From an uncultured bacterium (GTDB lineage Bacteria; Patescibacteriota; Minisyncoccia; UBA6257; 2-01-FULL-56-20), in the NCBI GenBank assembly GCA_963696395.1, contig CAVOJZ010000002.1, positions 431,317 to 495,316 of the forward strand: 64,000 nt of DNA, given 5' to 3'. The notes beneath the pieces were generated by a model. It did no database searches, was not told where the DNA came from, and saw only the letters and a list, made by a program, of their open reading frames with translations. A program made the position numbers and the translations under genes. Below, piece by piece: positions 6,936 through 16,301 of the stretch. Each line of letters begins with the position of its first letter. The stretch's first letter is position 1.

Positions 6936-8663
6936 TTAGTGTTTTAAGCACTTCACCATCTTTTCCATAGGCCACGCGTTAATCACGTCTTTCTTTTCCG
7001 CCCAACCGCGCCGGGCCTGGGCGATGCCCCATTCCAAAAGGTCGAAGTGAATCGCTGCGTGCGCATCGGAATCCACCGAAAGCAGAACGCCGGCCTCAAC
7101 ACATTTCCGAACGTGTTCATCTTTGAGGTCCGACCGTTCCGGAAACGAATTTATTTCCATGACCGTTTTTGTTTTTTTGGCGAGCGCTATGACCGCGTCC
7201 ATATCAAGATCAATCGCCGGACGGCGGTTGATGATACGCCCCGTCGGGTGGAATAAAATATCAACATTTGGGTTATTGATCGCACGCAAAACGCGGGCGG
7301 TCTGCTCGGCGCGCGGGAGGTTGAAATAAGAATGGACGGAAACGCCGACCACATCCAGTTTTGATAAAATCGAATCCGACAAATCGAGTGTGCCTTCCTT
7401 CAAAATGTCGCACTCGGTTCCCTTCAATACTTTAATTTTCCCGGCCAGTTTTTTGTTCACGCGATCAATCTCGTTCATCTGCTGCGCCAATCGCTTCTCG
7501 TCCAGGCCGTGCGTCATCGCAAGCCGTTTTGTGTGATCCGTGATCACGATATATTTTAGTCCGCGTTCGTAAGCGGCGAGGGCCATTGCCTCTATTGAAG
7601 CCGAACCGTCTGTCCAATCGGTTTGCGTCTGGAGATCCCCCTGGAGATCCTTATAGCCGATAATCTTCGGCAGTCGATGTGCCCGTGCGGCTTCAATCTC
7701 GCCAGTATTTTCACGGAGCTCGGGCTCAACATAATCCATGCCGAACTTTGCATAGAGTTCCTCCTCGGATGCTCCGGCAATCTGCTTTGTCCCCTTAAAA
7801 AGCCCGTATTCATTAAGTTTCCAGCCTTTATTGAGGGCAGCCTGCCGCATGGCAACGTTGTGGTCTTTCGATCCGGTGAAATAGTTGAGTGCCGCACCGT
7901 AGGATTTTTCGGGAACCACACGAAGGTCAACATTGATGCCCGCTCGAAGCTTAACGGATGACTTGGTCGGACCTTCCGCAATCACGTTCACAACCTCCGG
8001 CATTTTGACGAACATTTTCATAACAGCCGTTGCGTCGTTCGAAACGGCGAGGATATCCACGTCGCCGATCGTTTCCTTGCGCCGACGCGCCGATCCCGCT
8101 GGAGTCACTTTTTTTACGCCGGCAACTTTTTCCACGCGCTCCGTGATTTTTCTGATGAGCGGCATCATGTATCCAAGAATAAAGCGCTTGCCGGACTGTT
8201 CGGCGAATCCGATATTTTTCAAAATTTTCTCTTCGCTTTTTTTGCCGAACCCTTCGAGCTTCGCGATCTTCCCGGCCTTCGCCGCTTTCTCGAGGTCGGC
8301 TAAATTTTTTACTCCAAGTTCCTGATATAACCGCTGTATTGATTTCGGTCCGAGGCCTTCCACTTTAGCCAATTGATCCAACCGAACCGGCGTGCTCTTT
8401 TTTAATTCTTCATAAAATTTTATTTTCCCGGTTTTGATAAGCTCTTCTATCGAAGAAGCGATGGATGCACCGACGCCGGGAATCTCTTTCAATCCTTTGA
8501 GTCCGCCCGTGCGATACGTTTCCGCGACTTCGGTTTCGAGTGCGTCGATGGTCTGCGCGGCTTTTTCGTACGCGCGCGGTTTGAACGGCACTTTTTGCAT
8601 GTCGAGATATTCCCCTATTTGCCGAAGTATTTCCGCAACAGCCGAATTTGAGGTATCTGCCAT
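6936..8663 (-). CDS. polX: DNA polymerase X / PHP domain protein
   Basis: HhH repeats, AGSARRRKETIGDVDIL, YFTGSKDHN and a C-terminal PHP domain (TDH, HPTGR, DSDAH). Confidence 0.95.
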   Translation of the reverse strand: MADTSNSAVAEILRQIGEYLDMQKVPFKPRAYEKAAQTIDALETEVAETYRTGGLKGLKEIPGVGASIASSIEELIKTGKIKFYEELKKSTPVRLDQLAKVEGLGPKSIQRLYQELGVKNLADLEKAAKAGKIAKLEGFGKKSEEKILKNIGFAEQSGKRFILGYMMPLIRKITERVEKVAGVKKVTPAGSARRRKETIGDVDILAVSNDATAVMKMFVKMPEVVNVIAEGPTKSSVKLRAGINVDLRVVPEKSYGAALNYFTGSKDHNVAMRQAALNKGWKLNEYGLFKGTKQIAGASEEELYAKFGMDYVEPELRENTGEIEAARAHRLPKIIGYKDLQGDLQTQTDWTDGSASIEAMALAAYERGLKYIVITDHTKRLAMTHGLDEKRLAQQMNEIDRVNKKLAGKIKVLKGTECDILKEGTLDLSDSILSKLDVVGVSVHSYFNLPRAEQTARVLRAINNPNVDILFHPTGRIINRRPAIDLDMDAVIALAKKTKTVMEINSFPERSDLKDEHVRKCVEAGVLLSVDSDAHAAIHFDLLEWGIAQARRGWAEKKDVINAWPMEKMVKCLKH

Positions 8664-8689
8664 ACCTCTATATTACCAGAGAAAACGCA

Positions 8690-9346
8690 CTAAACATCAA
8701 GGTCGGCGGGGTTGCGATCGGCGAGGAGAACCGCTTTCTGTGTTGATTTTGGAAGAATGAGGTCGGGAACCGAGATAAGAACGAACGCGGCTATCAAGGC
8801 GAGAATTCCGGCAATGACGAAGACGGCAGTGAACCCGAACGCTTCCGCAATTATGCCGGAAAGAAGCCCCGTGATGCCGGCCGCGACGCCGGTCGCCGCG
8901 CTGTCGAGCGACCAGTCGAACGATATCCTCTCCTTGTCGAGATGCCTCGAAAAAATCGTCGGCCAGGCCGCGAAATACATTGCAAAAGCAATGGCGTGGA
9001 TCGCATGGATGACATAAAGTTCCCAAATATTCGTCACCCAGCTCATGGCAATCACCGATATGCCGACAAGAAGAATACCGCCTACGAGCGCCATGAAATC
9101 ATCTTTTTCACCGGGAGTTCGATCAAGATAATTTGCGATTGGGATTTGGACAAGCGAGCGCACAATCCAATAGATCGCCGCGGCAATGCCGACGGTGATA
9201 AGAGTCGCACCCGCGACGTGCTGAATGATGAATATGGAGAATATCGGATCAATGAAACCCCAGCCTGCGAGAAGGAAAAAGTCGGAAATAATAAAATATT
9301 TTACGAGCCGCCCGACTTTGATATCAATGTTAACTTTGATTTTCAT
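8690..9346 (-). CDS. Half-size (about 6 TM) MFS transporter
   Basis: QIPIANYLDRTPG motif A-like, about 6 hydrophobic segments; starts immediately after the Clp ATPase stop. Confidence 0.8.
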   Translation of the reverse strand: MKIKVNIDIKVGRLVKYFIISDFFLLAGWGFIDPIFSIFIIQHVAGATLITVGIAAAIYWIVRSLVQIPIANYLDRTPGEKDDFMALVGGILLVGISVIAMSWVTNIWELYVIHAIHAIAFAMYFAAWPTIFSRHLDKERISFDWSLDSAATGVAAGITGLLSGIIAEAFGFTAVFVIAGILALIAAFVLISVPDLILPKSTQKAVLLADRNPADLDV

Positions 9347-9347
9347 A

Positions 9348-11870
9348 TTATGGTTTTGGTACGAAATCGAATTTTTCGCCGGCGGCAATGAGCGTGACCT
9401 TATTTCCTTTTTTTATTTTCTTCGAAAGCAAAGCTTCCGAAAGCGGCGCACGAATCCGCTCATCAATCACACGGCGCAACGGGCGGGCGCCGAACGCCGG
9501 GTCGTAACCGAGCTTTGCGACGAGCGCGACAGCCGCCGGATCAAAATCCAGGAATATCCCCTGCTCTTTCACGCGCTCTGCAAGTTCGTGCAGATTAAAC
9601 TCGGCGATCGTCCGAAGGTCGTCGGGCATAAGATTTTTAAACACGATGGTTTTCGTGAAACGATTGAGAAGCTCCGGTTTGAAGATATCAACGAGCCGTT
9701 TTTTTATGTATTCTTCAATATCGCTCATTGATTCCCCTTTCGAAAGAGCCTCGTTAATGATGTCCGAATGGGCATTTGAAGTTGCGATAATGATGGTGTT
9801 TGTAAAATCAACCGTGCGCCCCACGCTGTCGGTGAGACGACCATCGTCAAGCACCTGCAAAAACAGATTTAAAATGTCCGGATACGCCTTCTCAAATTCA
9901 TCGAGGAGAATCAGACTGTATGGTTTTTCGAGTACCGCATCGGTTAGTGCGCCGTGGGTTGATCCATCGGGAGCGCCGATAAACCTTACAAAAGAAGCTT
10001 TATCTTGGTATTCGGTCATGTCGAACCGTGTCATCATTTTTTCGGACCCGAACTGAATGCCCGCGAGAATTTTCGCGAGTTCCGTTTTGCCGACGCCGGT
10101 TGGCCCCACAAAGAGAAAGCTGGCAATCGGGCCGCCCTTGCGGATTAATCCGCTGCGATATTCACGAAGTGCCTGCGCGACCGCGCTTACGGCTTCCTCC
10201 TGATCCACGAGGCGCTCATGGATGATTTTTTCCATATTAAGCAGTCGCTCCGCCTCGTCGCCTTCGGCTTCGTGAAGCGGAATATGAAGCTTAGCTTCGG
10301 CAACCGCCGTGACGCGATCCGGCCCGAGAGCTTTCTCACCGCGTGCTTCCGCCTGGACAATCGAACTCTTTAAAAGCTCTTCGGCGCTCGACGGCAGAAA
10401 CTTTTCGTGAAAATACTTTTTCGCGAGAACGACAGCGCGCTTCACGGCGCCGAAACTCACCGTAATGTCATATTCTTTTTCGAGAATGAGGCTCTCGTAG
10501 GTTAATATTTTTTCCGCATCCTCTTCGTTCACTTCCTGCACGCGGATAATTTCGAATGCGCCAACAAAGTCGCTGCGCGGTTCAATCGCCTGCTTAAATT
10601 CTTTCGGATACGTCGAACCGACGACCGGGAACTCGTTATTCATGATGATCGGCATCAATGCATCCGCCGCGGAAAGATAGGCCGTGCCGGATGTCTTCAC
10701 AAGATTGTGAATGTCGGGGATGGCAAGGATAACATTGCCCGCCATGTAAATCTCATCGACGATTTTTTTGAGGCGTGCATTTAATTCGTCCGGAGGAGCA
10801 CCGGCAACCAACCCTTGGATATCGAGAGATACCAATCGCTTGTCGAATAAATTCTTCGGAACATCGTCTTTCGTGAGCATGAATGCCAGGTGCTGAATGA
10901 TGGTCTCTTTGCCGATGCCCGCTTCACCTACGAGGATCGCGTTCGGGTTTGCCGGACGGCCAAGCGTTTCCACAAGCCGCTCGTATTCCTCCTCGTGGCC
11001 GATCATAAAACCAATCTGGGTCTCGCGGGCGAGATCCGTAAAATCGGTTGCATAGCGGTCAAGTGTGGGAGTCGGTCGCGACGTCCATGCGCGATTCATG
11101 ATCCGATGCCGTATCACACGGTGCGCATCGAGAACAAACCCTCCAAGACTGAGCGGCAGCCCACCGAACCGCCGCCGGCTGGAAGCGGAACTGAAAATGA
11201 GGGCGCGTTCGAGATCGCCGGCATCAATCGAGAAAAGCTGAAAGAGCCGATCAAGATCTTCGTTGTGCATCGTTGCAAGCCCGGAAAAAAGATCCTGCGG
11301 TGCAACAAAGTCATGACCGGAATCGAGAGCAGCCTTGAAGGCCGCGGCGGCAAGCAATTCTGCCTGATTAATTTTTTCTTCTTTGTTCGCCGAACCAGCC
11401 GCATTTGGTTGGGACAAAAGATCGTCAAGTTTCGCTTTAAATTCTTTGGGCTTCACATCGAGCCGCGTTAATCCTTCTTCTATCTCCGGCAATTCCAGAA
11501 GCCGCTGGGCAACTTCAAGAAAGAATGACCGCTTGCCGATAACGCTCCGATCCATTGCCCGCCCGATGACGGAAAATGCCTGCGGCCTGAATGCCGATGC
11601 GATATTCGCTTTTCCGTTTTGCGGAAACTCGGAAATCGGCACGTCACCTTCTCCACGATGGATCCAGCGGTCAAGTAAATAAAGGGAAATGAATAAGCCG
11701 AGATAATAAAAAACGCGGATGTCGGAGATGAGAAATGTCACCGCCGCAGCCACAAGCACGAGATTTGCAACGTAGCTAATAACACGGACCAGAATTCTGC
11801 CCGCGACCGTCATGCGCAGGCGCGGTTCGTCGTATCGCAATTCGAGCGGGCTAGAGGTTTCGTGCGGCAT
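9348..11870 (-). CDS. Clp/Hsp100 AAA+ ATPase with N-terminal transmembrane helices
   Basis: TPTLDRYATDFTDLAR; D1 GEAGIGKE; D2 GPTGVGKT, LLDEFEKA, LQVLDDGRLTD and GARPLRR. Confidence 0.92.
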   Translation of the reverse strand: MPHETSSPLELRYDEPRLRMTVAGRILVRVISYVANLVLVAAAVTFLISDIRVFYYLGLFISLYLLDRWIHRGEGDVPISEFPQNGKANIASAFRPQAFSVIGRAMDRSVIGKRSFFLEVAQRLLELPEIEEGLTRLDVKPKEFKAKLDDLLSQPNAAGSANKEEKINQAELLAAAAFKAALDSGHDFVAPQDLFSGLATMHNEDLDRLFQLFSIDAGDLERALIFSSASSRRRFGGLPLSLGGFVLDAHRVIRHRIMNRAWTSRPTPTLDRYATDFTDLARETQIGFMIGHEEEYERLVETLGRPANPNAILVGEAGIGKETIIQHLAFMLTKDDVPKNLFDKRLVSLDIQGLVAGAPPDELNARLKKIVDEIYMAGNVILAIPDIHNLVKTSGTAYLSAADALMPIIMNNEFPVVGSTYPKEFKQAIEPRSDFVGAFEIIRVQEVNEEDAEKILTYESLILEKEYDITVSFGAVKRAVVLAKKYFHEKFLPSSAEELLKSSIVQAEARGEKALGPDRVTAVAEAKLHIPLHEAEGDEAERLLNMEKIIHERLVDQEEAVSAVAQALREYRSGLIRKGGPIASFLFVGPTGVGKTELAKILAGIQFGSEKMMTRFDMTEYQDKASFVRFIGAPDGSTHGALTDAVLEKPYSLILLDEFEKAYPDILNLFLQVLDDGRLTDSVGRTVDFTNTIIIATSNAHSDIINEALSKGESMSDIEEYIKKRLVDIFKPELLNRFTKTIVFKNLMPDDLRTIAEFNLHELAERVKEQGIFLDFDPAAVALVAKLGYDPAFGARPLRRVIDERIRAPLSEALLSKKIKKGNKVTLIAAGEKFDFVPKP

Positions 11871-12198
11871 AGAAAATTATTACGGCCGGGATGACGAGCC
11901 AAAGCAGATAAATGACGGCGAATATGAGCGCGATGGCAAGGTAAATAACCGACCCGATAATGATCCTTCCCGTCCGGAAAACGATCCCCAGAATCCTCCC
12001 GATCACGGAATAATCCCTGTAGAGCGGCTCAAAAAAATGCCGCAGCGTGATTTTTACGGCAAACGTCCGGTCGGCCGATTCGAGCGCTGAAATAAAGACG
12101 TGGGCAAAACGGCGGGAACCGTCAACGTACCAATGATGAAAAAAATCGAAAAAACGGTAGAAAAATCGTTGCAGAAGATACACAAACGCGAAGTCCAT
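11851..12198 (-). CDS. Hypothetical membrane protein overlapping the Clp ATPase start
   Basis: 115 aa, aromatic-rich N-terminus, FEPLYRDYSVIGRILG, long C-terminal hydrophobic segment. Confidence 0.85.
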   Translation of the reverse strand: MDFAFVYLLQRFFYRFFDFFHHWYVDGSRRFAHVFISALESADRTFAVKITLRHFFEPLYRDYSVIGRILGIVFRTGRIIIGSVIYLAIALIFAVIYLLWLVIPAVIIFYAARNL

Positions 12199-12257
12199 TT
12201 TTTAATAATACCACGCAAGGCGAGTTGGGGTTTGCGCCTAAGGTTCGCGTCGCTTAT

Positions 12258-12899
12258 TTAAAATAATCCGGCTTGTTTCGGCTTGTCGGTTTTCTTTGGC
12301 TTTGCCATGGCTTCCGGCATAACGACCGCCGGCGGCAATTCCACAGTAAGTTTGCCGGCAAGAACCATCGGCAATTTTTTGAGGTCTTCCCGAAATGTTT
12401 CCATCATGCCGGTCGAGCGCAGTGCGGCGGCAGGATGATAGACGGGATATATAAGCCGTCCGTCAATTTTAAAAACTCGTCCGTGATCGTTTGTGATCTT
12501 TGCAAGCGGCAAAAAATAATTCATGGAGAACCGCCCGAGCGTGCAAACCACTTTTGGATTTATGATTTCGATTTGCCTCGTGAGATACGGCTTGTACGCT
12601 TCAATCTCGCTCGGCAACGGATCGCGATTTTCCGGCGGCCTCCGTTTTACAATATTTGAAATATAAACCTGCTCACGCTTCCATCCGATACTCACGATCA
12701 CCTGGTCGAGCAGCTGCCCAGCGCGCCCGACGAAAGGCCGCCGCAAACGATCTTCGTTCACGCCGGGCGCTTCGCCGATGAACATCACGTCGCAATCAAT
12801 ATTGCCCTCGCCAAAAACCAGGTTCGACTCCATGAGCGGCAAATCCCGCCGCGCTGCAATTTCGCTCTCCAATTTCTGAAGTTCCTCGCGTTTTCCCAT
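12258..12899 (-). CDS. Uracil-DNA glycosylase family 4
   Basis: GEAPG, PFVGRAG, RPPENRDP and YHPAAALR. Confidence 0.93.
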   Translation of the reverse strand: MGKREELQKLESEIAARRDLPLMESNLVFGEGNIDCDVMFIGEAPGVNEDRLRRPFVGRAGQLLDQVIVSIGWKREQVYISNIVKRRPPENRDPLPSEIEAYKPYLTRQIEIINPKVVCTLGRFSMNYFLPLAKITNDHGRVFKIDGRLIYPVYHPAAALRSTGMMETFREDLKKLPMVLAGKLTVELPPAVVMPEAMAKPKKTDKPKQAGLF

Positions 12900-12918
12900 A
12901 CGCCCATTATAACGCTTC

Positions 12919-13839
12919 TTACTGCAAGTGCTCTGCAAGCTTCTCCAGACTCTGCCTCCATCCCATTTCCATGCCGCTGAGAGGCGCTTTCAGTTCCGGG
13001 CCGCCTTCAAGAACAACGATGTGAATTGTAAGTTTTGTCTTGCCTCCCTGCTCTTCGAAGGTAATCGTATTCCGGTTTTTAAGCTTCGGGTTGCTTTCGC
13101 CATTTTCAAAGAAAGCATATGAGGCAAAAACAATGTGCTCCGGCTCTTTCACCTCTTCAAAAGTCCCCGTCATGGGATATATTCCGCCGTCAGGCCCTTT
13201 CATATGGATGCGAATCGCACCACCCGCACGTGGATCAAGTTCGCACACCGGAATCGTGAACATCGCAGGCCCCCACCACTGCGCCATAATGTTCGGATCG
13301 GTCCATGCCTTGAACACCTGCTTCCGTGGGGCATCGAAGATGCGTGTTATCGTTGCCTCCCGTTTTGGGCTCGTGAGTTCGGCAAGGCGATCCATACTCT
13401 CCTCTAAACCCTTTTCCATCCCGGCCTGCGCCATACCCTCAAGGTCTCCTATGTTTTGATAGTGTGCCGTCTGCGTCAATGTTGTCGTGCCACCTTCTGA
13501 ATCCGCAAGCGTCATCGTTTGAATCATCTCGTGACCGTCGGGGATGCCTTCAAAATTAAATGTTTGCGTGATTCGTTCAAGCAGAACAACTTCCTTTGTT
13601 ATGCCGTGAAAGCCAAATTTTTTTCCGTCAGCACCGTGTTGAACGAACCGCCATTCGCCTCCCGGCCGAAGGTCGTTTTTCTCAACGGCGGTCGTAAACC
13701 GCCGAGGACCCCACCACAACGGGATAAGCGTTGAATCCGTAACGGCGGCCCAAACCATTCCCCGCGGCGCATCAAACACGCGCGTTGCCGTAATCGTTAG
13801 GTTTTCCCTGTCAATAATGAACTCTGTTTTCTGTTCCAT
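12919..13839 (-). CDS. Tandem SRPBCC/AHSA1 domain protein
   Basis: Two copies of TRxFDAPRxxVxxAxTD...WWGP. Confidence 0.9.
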   Translation of the reverse strand: MEQKTEFIIDRENLTITATRVFDAPRGMVWAAVTDSTLIPLWWGPRRFTTAVEKNDLRPGGEWRFVQHGADGKKFGFHGITKEVVLLERITQTFNFEGIPDGHEMIQTMTLADSEGGTTTLTQTAHYQNIGDLEGMAQAGMEKGLEESMDRLAELTSPKREATITRIFDAPRKQVFKAWTDPNIMAQWWGPAMFTIPVCELDPRAGGAIRIHMKGPDGGIYPMTGTFEEVKEPEHIVFASYAFFENGESNPKLKNRNTITFEEQGGKTKLTIHIVVLEGGPELKAPLSGMEMGWRQSLEKLAEHLQ

Positions 13840-13881
13840 TGATATATAGTATTGCTTTCTTTTATTTTTTCTTTCGAGCCT

Positions 13882-14187
13882 TTATTTTTCCTTTTGCAAA
13901 ACCCGATCCAACGCGTCGAACCGTTCATTCCATAGAGCTGTCGTCTCATAAACCCATCGTTCAAATTCCTCAAGCGCCGACGGATTCACTTCGTACATCC
14001 GCTGTCTCCCTCGCTTTTCAACCCGAACCATCCCCGCTTCCCGCAATACCTTTAAGTGCTGGGAAATTGCAGGCGGACTGGAATTAAATTGATCACTGAT
14101 ATCCGTTGCGGAAAGCTCACCCCTGCGGACAAGCATTTCTATAATGGTTCGCCGCGTTGGCTCAGCGAGTGCCGTAAAAACATCCAT
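13882..14187 (-). CDS. ArsR/SmtB family transcriptional regulator
   Basis: FTALAEPTRR...SPPAISQHLKVLREAG; TTGACT-17-TAGGAT promoter 7 nt before ATG 14187. Confidence 0.92.
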   Translation of the reverse strand: MDVFTALAEPTRRTIIEMLVRRGELSATDISDQFNSSPPAISQHLKVLREAGMVRVEKRGRQRMYEVNPSALEEFERWVYETTALWNERFDALDRVLQKEK

Positions 14188-14403
14188 AGGTCTCATCCTA
14201 AGGTCTCATAACACTTAAGTCAATACTTAATTATCCACAGGGGGCGAGAACTACCGTTTCCCCGACCCCCTTCCCGGTTCAAAACCCCTGCTGGAGTTTC
14301 TATTTGGGCTGAAAAACTGGGAGTCAGTGTTCAATTCTAGTAGGGGTGTAGGAAATAATTTAGCAATTCGAGGCTTCGGTTCGCGTTGAGGTCAGATCAA
14401 TAA

Positions 14404-15357
14404 CTATTTCCTTCGAAGGCCAGCTTTGACAATGACATCGAGCATCGAAGCGAAACTAATGCCTGCCGCTTTTGCTGCTTGAGGTAGCAAGCTTGTTTCG
14501 GTCATGCCCGGAATGGTGTTCGTCTCCAGAATATAAAACGTTGATCCTTTCAGCATAAAATCCGAACGGGACATGCCACGGCATCCGAGCAATATATGGG
14601 CTTGGACGGCCATATACTGAAGTTCTTTGGCTTGTGCCCTCGGCAATCGCGCCGGGGTTATTTCCAAACTTCCTCCCACCCTATATTTCGCACGATAATC
14701 AAAGAATGAAGATGATTTCGGAATGATCTCGGTTGGCGGCAACGCAAAGGGCTTCCTGTTTTTTCCTTCGAGTACACCACAGGTGAATTCACGGCCCTTG
14801 ATATATTGCTGAATCATCACGCGGTCGCTTTCTCGGAATGCTTTTGCGAGGCCTGTACCTAAATCTTTTTTTGATTTAACGATGGAAACACCGACACTCG
14901 ATCCTCCCTCTGCTGGTTTTATGACGACAGGGAGTGAGATCTTGTTTCTGTCGTTCTTGTTTCTGACCACATAGTGAGGCACGTTCATCCTGCTAGTTTC
15001 ATACAAGACATTCGATATCTGTTTGTTCATTGCCATTGCAGAACTCAAAACGCCGGAGCCGGAATAGGGAACACCGAGCCATTCGAGAACAGCTTGAAAA
15101 CGACCGTCTTCCCCAAATGCTCCATGCATCGCAATGAATATGAAATCAAACTTCTTTAATTTTTGGAGTGCTTCCCCGATACTGGCTACCTTTCCGGCAT
15201 TGAATGTCCATAACCCATTTTTTTGCATCACAACGATTGACGGTCGATATTTTTTCCGGTCCAAATTCTTCAAAACCATGTTCGCCGTGTTGAGCGATAC
15301 CTCGTGCTCGGAAGATGGGCCGCCGCATACGACAGCGATTTTTAAAAGTCGTTTCAT
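14404..15357 (-). CDS. ddl: D-alanine--D-alanine ligase
   Basis: GGPSSEHEVS, HGAFGEDG, GSSVG, DYRAKY, ETNTIPGMTETSLLP. Confidence 0.96.
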   Translation of the reverse strand: MKRLLKIAVVCGGPSSEHEVSLNTANMVLKNLDRKKYRPSIVVMQKNGLWTFNAGKVASIGEALQKLKKFDFIFIAMHGAFGEDGRFQAVLEWLGVPYSGSGVLSSAMAMNKQISNVLYETSRMNVPHYVVRNKNDRNKISLPVVIKPAEGGSSVGVSIVKSKKDLGTGLAKAFRESDRVMIQQYIKGREFTCGVLEGKNRKPFALPPTEIIPKSSSFFDYRAKYRVGGSLEITPARLPRAQAKELQYMAVQAHILLGCRGMSRSDFMLKGSTFYILETNTIPGMTETSLLPQAAKAAGISFASMLDVIVKAGLRRK

Positions 15358-16115
15358 TAAAGTATTTGTGCTTCGCCTCGTTCTTTAAGCCGACTTTCAA
15401 GGCCGTGCATATAGTCGAGAATTTTTGATTTCCTTGCTTCGGTTGCGTCAAGGAGATTTGACATGATGGCGTTCGTCTCCTCCTCGCTCAGGTTGTTCTC
15501 TATCGGAAAATGGGGATATAGCATCCAGTGTATTTGCCGTGGGCCACGCGCTTCGTCGCCGTATCCGGTTCCGAAGAGATGGTAAGGGATTTCTTCCGGC
15601 TTATGGATATCAGGCAAATCTTGAAAGTTCAGCTTGGCGGTTTTCTCGTCAATGAGAAAATTGAGATCGACGTCGGATAGTCGTTCGCCTTCCTGGTGTG
15701 GGCCGTAGAGTGAAGAGCCGGCCAGTGCGATGAGTTTGATTTTGTTCCCGGGGATGATTCTTGAGTGTTTTTCAAGAAGTTTAGGAAGGTCAGCTCGTGT
15801 TTGCTCAATAATTTCTGCGAAACGCTTTTTCCGCTCTTCTCCCCAAAGAAAACTATCTTGAAAGTTCTCCCAAGAGGCTTCTCGCAAGTCATCGGTAAAT
15901 CCTGGGATCAGAGTGAACCTGCCTACCTTTCTCCGGTTGTCGAAGCGATGCAGGTTCGAATGGAGAAGCTCCCGTTGACCTTTGAGCAGGTCATGTTCTA
16001 GTCGCCTGATATCGGGAGGAATATTTTCCAGCCAAAATTGGAATCGCTTTTTGCTGAAATCAATTTCCTCGCCCTTTTTATTAAGATACCCTCCTTTTTC
16101 CGGAGAAAAATCCAT
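15357..16115 (-). CDS. Hypothetical protein with a nucleotidyltransferase-like GS...DxD motif
   Basis: IALAGSSLYG...SDVDLNFLID; ATG 16115 is 6 nt after TATAAT; stop overlaps the ddl start (TAATG). Confidence 0.65.
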   Translation of the reverse strand: MDFSPEKGGYLNKKGEEIDFSKKRFQFWLENIPPDIRRLEHDLLKGQRELLHSNLHRFDNRRKVGRFTLIPGFTDDLREASWENFQDSFLWGEERKKRFAEIIEQTRADLPKLLEKHSRIIPGNKIKLIALAGSSLYGPHQEGERLSDVDLNFLIDEKTAKLNFQDLPDIHKPEEIPYHLFGTGYGDEARGPRQIHWMLYPHFPIENNLSEEETNAIMSNLLDATEARKSKILDYMHGLESRLKERGEAQIL

Positions 16116-16213
16116 AAACAAATTATACCCGATTATAGAAGAAGATTTTTGTATCGTCATCAATGGGGTGTTTTTTGAGAAGTGTGCCGGAAGCGGCACG
16201 ATTACCCGTCTTG

Positions 16214-16285
16214 TGCCCCCGCGAGGAATTGAACCTCGATCTTCTCCTTCGGAGGGAGATGTCCTATCCGTTGAACTACGAGGGC
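16214..16285 (-). tRNA. tRNA-Arg(CCG)
   Basis: GCCCTCG/CGGGGGC acceptor stem, TCTCC-CT CCG AA-GGAGA anticodon arm, GGTTCAATTCC T arm; CCA not encoded. Confidence 0.95.
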
Positions 16286-16301
16286 GTTTCGGATGACGTT
16301 C

